Assembly: GCA_951406725.2 (NCBI GenBank)
Contig: OX597832.1
Coordinates: forward strand, 3,224,001-3,288,000
Direction: 5' to 3'
Source: Octopus vulgaris
Taxonomy: Eukaryota
DNA: 64,000 nt
Numbering within the stretch: the stretch's first letter is position 1; every line of letters starts with the position of its first letter. Shown piece by piece: positions 10,745-64,000 of the stretch. Under the pieces are notes generated by a model that had not been told where the DNA came from, searched no databases, and saw only the letters and a program-made list of their open reading frames with translations. A program made the position numbers and the translations under genes.

Positions 10745-11365
10745 AATGGAAATAAACAGTCTTTGACTGCCATTTCTAATTCCTTCGGTATGCGGTGAAG
10801 CAACCTGTTGCCTGCCCTTTTAATTATATTTACTATATATACTGAACTCTACAGAAGTTCCTGACGCTAAAAGTCATATTTACATACCGAAATTTACCGG
10901 TAAATAATTGTTGGTTGTACGAAAAACCACGGAAAAATTATTTACCCTTTTTATTGTATTACCATGTGGATTTCTTACTCCATTGCGATCACCCAGGTGG
11001 CGCGCATAGCAGAATTTTGGAGGGAAAATTTACGGCCCCAGTCGTTTACTTAGTTTTAACATCTGCACACTTCCCCCCACTATCTGATGTCGCCTGGTCA
11101 GAGGTGGAGGCTGGTGGCATTTGATAAATCTATTGAATATGGTGCTGACGAAAGAAATTAGGCAATTTCTAGCCTACGATCTAGAAACATGTTCATCATT
11201 AACGGTAAGAGATTGTTTTCGTTTATTTACTACTCCGATTTTGCGTATGTGAATTGCAGGGTTTGTCGTATATGGAACCTCCACTTGTAGAAAATGGAAA
11301 TAAACAGTCTTTGACTGCCATTTCTAATTCCTTTGGTATGTGGCGAAGCAACCTGTTGCCTGCCC

Positions 11366-11377
<12 letters not shown>
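10740..11377. mobile_element. Non-coding element with 90-bp direct terminal repeats inserted in (TA)n; Penelope pseudo-LTR or retrozyme-like
   Basis: 10740-10829 is repeated at 11288-11377 (offset 548, 3 C/T differences at CpG sites); (TA)n on both flanks; internal hammerhead motif. Confidence 0.65.
11139..11199 (+). ncRNA. Candidate minimal type I hammerhead ribozyme
   Basis: Stem I ATGGTG/CATCAT; core CTGACGA 11145-11151; imperfect stem II (AGA..TAGGC/GCCTA..TCT); GAAA 11184-11187; palindromic stem III AACATGTT; GUU cleavage triplet. Confidence 0.55.
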
Positions 11378-11397
<20 letters not shown>

Positions 11398-11398
<1 letters not shown>

Positions 11399-11741
11399 AA
11401 GGGTAAAGACCCCCTTCGGTCATGAATGACCATGGGATTGCACCTAGAAAGTTACCCTCCGAGGTACAAGTCCGGGCAAGGTTGTTTATGGAAGACCAGC
11501 AGTCGCCCATGCATATCAGCCTCCCCTCTCCACGCCACCAGTGTTATTCAAGGGAAAGACAAAGGTCGATACAGCTTGGCACCAGTGACGTCGCAACTCG
11601 TTTCTACAGCTGAGTGAACTGGAGCAATGTGAAATAAAGTGCCTTGCTCAAGAACACAACACGCAGCCCGGTCCAGGATTCGAGCTCACAACCTCACGAT
11701 CGTAAGCTCGACGCTCTAACCACTGAGCCATGCGCCTTCAC
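11398..11741 (-). mobile_element. tRNA-derived SINE
   Basis: Minus strand reads GTGAAGGCGCATGGCTCAGTGGTTAGAGCG (A box) ... GCTCGAATCC (B box-like), then TTCTTGAGCAAGGCACTTT; flanked by (TA)n. Confidence 0.85.
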
Positions 11742-11764
11742 ATTAGTATATATATATATATTTA

Positions 11765-11930
11765 CAGCTATTAAACTCATATCTAGATTAGATGGTCTCC
11801 CAGGTATACTGTTAAAGAAGTGCAAATACAGCCTCACTAAACCACTAAAATTGCTAGATATTGGCATTTTCCAAGAACACACAGGAAGTAGCAGGGCTGA
11901 AGCTAAAATTTACAGACCTGTGATACAGAT
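11765..11930 (+). mobile_element. CR1/L2-like LINE reverse transcriptase fragment
   Basis: Translation DGLPGILLKKCKYSLTKPLKLL...SRAEAKIYRPV resembles the GPDGIP..LK..C / NYRPIS region of LINE ORF2. Confidence 0.5.
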
Positions 11931-12236
11931 GCAATGTTTTCCTTGAATCTTTATAAGTCAATACCTGTATGAAAGATATGTTCTGAGAAGGTGTTCCAAG
12001 CGGAAAATGTTTTGGGAAGGAAGGACTAGATTTAGTCATTATGGTATGCAATCAGCCAACTCCAAGGAACAGAGGCTATTATTATAGCCATAGAGAGAGG
12101 CTAGTTTCTCAGATGTGGTCCTCGATGTGCTTTTGCTTTTACTAGAAGAGATCCTCAGGGATAATGATGTCTGATAGAATGATTGTGAGGGCTCTAGCTG
12201 AGTGCAGCTCATAATTAAATATGATGAGTATATGAA

Positions 12237-12447
12237 TTAACCATTTAGCATTTAAATGAGCCATATCAGGCTCAAATATTTTACTTGTTTTCTTTACAAA
12301 TTAGCCAGCCTCTCACACCTCTCATATAATGTCATTTTAAAAATTAACACGCACATCATTAAAATCTCAAAGCTACAAGATAATGCATAACAATGTGAAT
12401 AAATAAACATTATATTTGACAGAGTAATCTGAATGTTAAAGGGTTAA
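12237..12447. mobile_element. piggyBac-like MITE (TTAA flanks)
   Basis: TTAA-CCATTTAGCATT ... AATGTTAAAGGG-TTAA; inverted homologous copies at 48960 and 51124. Confidence 0.75.
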
Positions 12448-15235
12448 GTACTGATGCCTCAGTTTATTTGATGAACATCAGTTCGATCGCCAGATAAGTG
12501 AATCTCTATAAGCTCTGGTTTAAGTGGAATAGTTAAATGGCATCACAAGAATAGTCAATATAATATCTTCTCATATATGGGCAACAGAATGAACACCATC
12601 TACTCTTCCCATCTCTTGGACTGAAATAATGAATTCAGTTAGAAAATGAGAGAACCTTAGTGAATCTCCAGAGAATACAACAGCCACCTGGAGAAGGCCA
12701 GAATGTTCAGTGACCGAAACATTGTGACTATAACAACCAAGATTTGGATCTTAGTTCAAATATATCACTGTATACTAAAGAAGAAACAAGGTATTGATAT
12801 TTGTGCACTTTTTAAGATCATTAGTGATTAATTTTATTTTTTACCTTTGTGGAGTTGATAAAATAAGGACTAATTAAGTTCTGAAATCTGATTAATTGAC
12901 TGTTCCCGCTCACCAGAAAACATGACCTTGTGATAATGTCAGAAATCATTAATTAGTTGGAGATGAAAGACAAGTGTCTTTGCTTTGCAGGCCATCATAG
13001 ACTGGTGGTACTGATATAGTTGATGGTCAAGTTGAACATCTGTAAGCCAATATGTACAGGAAAAATAAGGGCATGAAGGGAATTACAAGTTGTAGAAACT
13101 CTGTGAAGGAATGATTAAATAATATATTTACAGTAAGATCAGTGGCAGGGATGAGGTGTAGTAGGGCTAGTAAGAGACGAGATGGATATTGGATGAAAGT
13201 GATATGCAGCTTCAGATACCAGAGGAGAGAGTTTGTAGTATAATAACAAAAAAACAAACAAAACAAAACAAAAACAAAAAAACAAAAAACAACAACAACA
13301 ACAATACATCCATGATCTAGTTGGTCAACTTACTTTTGAACATAGCAGATCACCGGCTCATAATCAAAGCTAAATGTCTGATAATTTAACCCCCAACCAT
13401 TGTTGCTATGTATCATTTTAAAGTTGAGAGGAAGAGTATTATAAGATATATTTATATTTACAATCATTGTATCTGTATAAATATGAAAACAAAAGCCCCT
13501 GGTAAAATTGTTTAGACATCTACTAAATGTACTTACTGTTATTGATTATGTCCTTGTCAATAGATAATGATAATATTCATAGGAACACTTATTTAAAAAA
13601 AAATAAAATGTGGAACAATAAAAAAGCATAATTTATTTAATTTATACTTTACCATTTATGATGAAAATAAACCCAAAGTTATTGAAACAAGAGATGCTTT
13701 CTTTTATTAATAAATATCCCATTAAGCATCTGAATATCCATATTAACCCTTGAAAGGATATCTATATCAGAACTATCAAAACTGTTAAATATGTGATGAA
13801 AGATTTTATAAAAGCTTTGAACAGTGACAAACAAAGAATAAGGGTGAAATTAAGAAGAGACCAAAATATGAAATAGTGTAACAACTACTAAAAAGAACAT
13901 TAGATCGTTAAGAAAAATTGTGATTGACATAATCAAGTTGAGGGAAACTAATCAACTATTGTGCTTTTATTGTTGGTTCTGTGAGAGGCAGAATCTGACT
14001 ATTTCTAAATATTTAGTCTCTAAAGGTGTATGATAATTTAGAGGGAAATTATTGTTTTTATTTTTGTTATTAAAATATATATTTATATATAGCTATGTGT
14101 TGAAAATTTGAAATAATATAGTAAATAGAACCATTCAAACTAGGAATGGAAATTTGCCAAAAGGTTGCATTAAATGAGAATTGATCACTGTATAAAGCAG
14201 CAGCAGCAACAATGATAATAGTAATAATAATAATAATTTGAGTCAGTACTGAAGAAGTAATGGAATACATTCCATTTATTTACAAGTAATATAAAAAAAA
14301 TTATTTGGTAAAAAAATGAACATTGCACATTGTAGGCTATGCGAGAGAAGGAGAGCCCTGAAATGAGTGAAATTGCTTGTCATTCAACAAGCCAGATTGT
14401 ATTACATGCACATAGAATGTTTTAAAAGCTTTTCTTTTAAATTATTTGTCTGTTCTGGTAATATAGAGAATAGATAAGTAAAAAAAAAATCTTTTCACCA
14501 CTTGCTTTTATTTTTCCTTCTTTCTTTCAATATACAAATTTATAAATTAGATACGGTTTTGTAATTAATAGTGAATTAGATTTAACTGTAGACATACATA
14601 TATACTAGCCAGTAACTTAACCATACTGTCATCTTTTTTGATGTGCAAAGAAGAATGTAATGTTCAGCATCATTTCAAATTTTCTTTTGAAAAAAATATA
14701 TTTATCAATAATTAAAAAAAAAATAAATCGAAAAATATTTGTAGTAAACTATTTGCATATAAAAAGAAATACATATCTTTTTATTCTTTTCTCAGAAATG
14801 CATTTTTAATCACCATATAACTGAATTGTGCCAACAAAGTCATTAAAAATTAAGGTTTCTACTATGTATAAAAAATGTATTTTTAAATATATATTGTCAA
14901 TGAATGTGTATCATTCTATCAATCTATTTATCTAACTAACTGTCTGTAAGCCAATAGACAAACTGATAGCTAGATAGATCAAAAGAAATATAGATTGATA
15001 GATGCATAGTTAAAATCCAGCTCAATCTGTTTGTGGTAGAGAAGATGGCTATTTTCCTTTTTAATTTTCTCTCATTTCAGCAATTCATTAAGATGTTAAG
15101 TTCTCTTTTAAAAAAGTACAAGTTTTTCCATAAGTCCTTTACAAAAAACCCCTGGCAGTGTTTTATTTTAAACATCACAGTATGATTAGAAATAGTTTGA
15201 GGGTGATGATGATAGAACAAAAGGTAAAAAAAAAA

Positions 15236-15239
<4 letters not shown>

Positions 15240-15283
<44 letters not shown>

Positions 15284-15334
15284 ACACACACACATATATA
15301 TATATATATGCATGCATATACTTGTATGTATATA

Positions 15335-15368
<34 letters not shown>

Positions 15369-15398
15369 AATATGCATACATATACTTGTATGTATGTG

Positions 15399-15455
<57 letters not shown>
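15240..15455. repeat. Compound (TA)n/(CA)n/(TG)n microsatellite, probably in the collagen 3' UTR region
   Basis: Direct inspection. Confidence 0.9.
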
Positions 15456-15458
<3 letters not shown>

Positions 15459-16042
15459 TTGCAACAATAATATTATTTATTAAAATAATAATCAAACAAG
15501 AACAAAATTCTTATTACAGTTTTGTAAGAAATTCCACACCAACAATATTACATAGCATTTGGGGTTTGTGAGTTCAGAAGAGATGGAATCTATAGGTAAA
15601 AATAAATTGAAGAGCAGAAACTAAGATAGTTTAACTATCAGCTATCAATAACAAAATACTCTAACCTTTTGTGTGTGTCTGAGCACTCAAGTATGTGTCT
15701 GTGTTAATACATTAGTTCTTTCTAATTTTGTATTAATTTAATTTACAAATATTTTTCTATTTTTTTTTTTGTTACAGTAACTGATGAAGGTAATAAGATC
15801 TGTATGGTAAATACTACAGCTAAGTACATAGCACCAATAATATAAGGACATTTGAATTTTAAAAAATGCACCTCTTGGGAAGTCCAGCAAGCCATTTATA
15901 TTATCACTCAAAAGGGTGATAAAGAGTTTTGCTTCTGATAAAAGAATAAAAAAAAAAACGAAACAAAAACGTTCATTTTGCTTGATGTTCTGCTCAGCGT
16001 TAGTCTTCAATTATTACACTTTTAACTCAACAGGAGTTTTAG

Positions 16043-62416
<46,374 letters not shown>

Positions 62417-64000
62417 CTAAAGGTGAGAAAGAGAGACAATATTGATGTCTAGGATGCTTGTGAATGTTTTGAGATATGTGAGCAGTAGTCCAATGTAGTC
62501 CTTACTTTATAGAGTGAAGGCCAATAATTGTTTAAATTAGAAGTATTTTCTATTCACAAAAAGGAAGTCTTAGTCTTTGAGAGATTTTGTCGTAGATGTC
62601 ATAGATATGATGTCATTATGAAAGACCATCAGAGATTAGGAAGCTTGGCAATTTGAGAGCTTTAACAGTACATTGTTTGTTGAGAAAGTGATGTTGCAAG
62701 AATAGTTCTTTGATAAGTGGAGTGAATGAATATTTTTGTATGTTTGAATGAGCTGAGTTACCTTGATCCCATTCTAGGATGCTTTTGAAGATTGGCTTAT
62801 ATGAGCAAATGTGGTGTAAAGTGCAAGATTATGAGCAACATAACTTGTTTGCATTAGAGCTGGTAATATATAGTTTGGAGAAAGCTCTAACAGGAAATTC
62901 TGATGTAAAGATAAATTAGATGACAAGCTTTGATAGGATATTATTCTTTCATTCTTCTGTCAATGATGAGAGATGCAGTGCATGCAGTAAGAAATTTCTG
63001 TTAGAAACAGCAAGATGAAATTGTATCTTTGATTCCTACATGGGGAGATGAAACAAAGGAATAAAGGCAGCATTTATTAAAAACCATCTTCATCACATCT
63101 GAGATGTTAAAAGAATGTAGTTGATAATTGTGGAGAATTGCTCTTCTCTATTATGGGTCATACTATCAGGCGTTTTCAGCTGGAAGTAGAGACTTCAACT
63201 GAGGTAATGAATAAAAAGTTTAGTGATGATAGAAACTTGATAGAATATTAACAAGATCAGTTTATTTTGTGGAATTGAAATAACTAAAAAAGAATGTTCT
63301 ATCCATGTATAGGTTTGAATAAGAGGCAATGTGAGTATCAAGTATAGTGCTTTATTTGTAAAAGTACTGCTTACAGGGCAATCTACATTGAGAATGGTGG
63401 GTAAAAAGATTCTGAAATGTTAGAAATCTCTGTAGTAAAGGACAAGAGAGCTTAGCTGTAATTTAGGAAATGCACAGACTTTGTGAGGTGCACAAATATA
63501 TGCTTTGTTATTCTGATAACATTTCTACATATTTTGCAATGGACAGTAAATAATTCTTTGTTGCAATTCGTTGGTAATATCCCTTAGGTGTTGTAAGCAG
63601 TGTTCTTTATCTTTATAGATGTAGGAACCTTTCAGAGCTTCTGCTTATAGAATCAATATAAATCTGACATGAAGTGTCTAGTTGGTATGTGGATAGTACT
63701 TGTAGGTGCTCTGTTAAGAAGCAGTGAAAGTTAGTATCATATGCTGAAGAATATGTCTAACTAGAAGAAACAACAAACAAGCTGTCATTGTAAGTCTGAG
63801 AGATACTGAATCCCATAGAAAAAAAAAAGAATGAAAAAGAGTTCAGGTATAGATACCATTACTTTGATGGGTATATTTTAATGTTTTACTGCTGAGGTGT
63901 GTCTAGATTATTACTATATATTATTAAATTTTTGCATTATTTATAAACAGAATATATCTTATGTAAAATATATGGTATTTATTCTAAAAATCAAGGTTTA

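Noticed and set aside
10844-10910. Possible second hammerhead in the direct-repeat element (CTGACGC…GAAATTTACCGGTAAAT)
   Set aside because: Core deviates from CUGANGA, and stems I and II cannot be closed consistently
11660-11741. tRNA gene-like heads here and at 36838 and 46368
   Set aside because: A and B boxes continue into SINE bodies; no complete cloverleaf acceptor stem
15158-15495. YI-repeat ORFs and similar short ORFs throughout the window
   Set aside because: Translations of (TA)n, (CA)n and (AAT)n microsatellites, or chance ORFs in AT-rich introns
62450-63800. Possible LINE relics on - (also 8460-8720 and 26600-27250)
   Set aside because: Too decayed to assign motifs by eye; needs BLASTX or RepeatMasker

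Overview
AT-rich, microsatellite- and SINE-rich animal genomic DNA. The repeat landscape suggests a cephalopod such as Octopus (inference, not checked by search). Two host genes converge tail-to-tail. (1) On +, a ZNFX1-like SF1 (UPF1/DNA2-NAM7 family) helicase is encoded almost entirely by one 3.7-kb exon (ATG 3950 to stop 7630). All helicase motifs are intact, but the ORF ends after roughly one NF-X1 zinc finger. (2) On -, the 3' part of a type IV collagen alpha2-like chain: 28 phase-compatible GT-AG exons from 62416 to the stop at 16043 (4101 nt, about 1366 aa of Gly-X-Y plus the complete NC1 domain), with the 5' end outside the window. Repeats: a decayed Helitron with both ends (about 330-3403) that splits a SINE, mariner relics and MITEs, piggyBac-like MITEs, several tRNA-derived SINE families, and LINE and Penelope fragments. 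The most unusual observations are the C-terminally shortened ZNFX1, a 638-bp direct-repeat-flanked element carrying a minimal type I hammerhead ribozyme core, and two intronic hairpins (a perfect 29-bp stem, and a ~66-bp stem whose six substitutions are all A-C mismatches in the collagen pre-mRNA). No clearly new biological system can be demonstrated from sequence alone.
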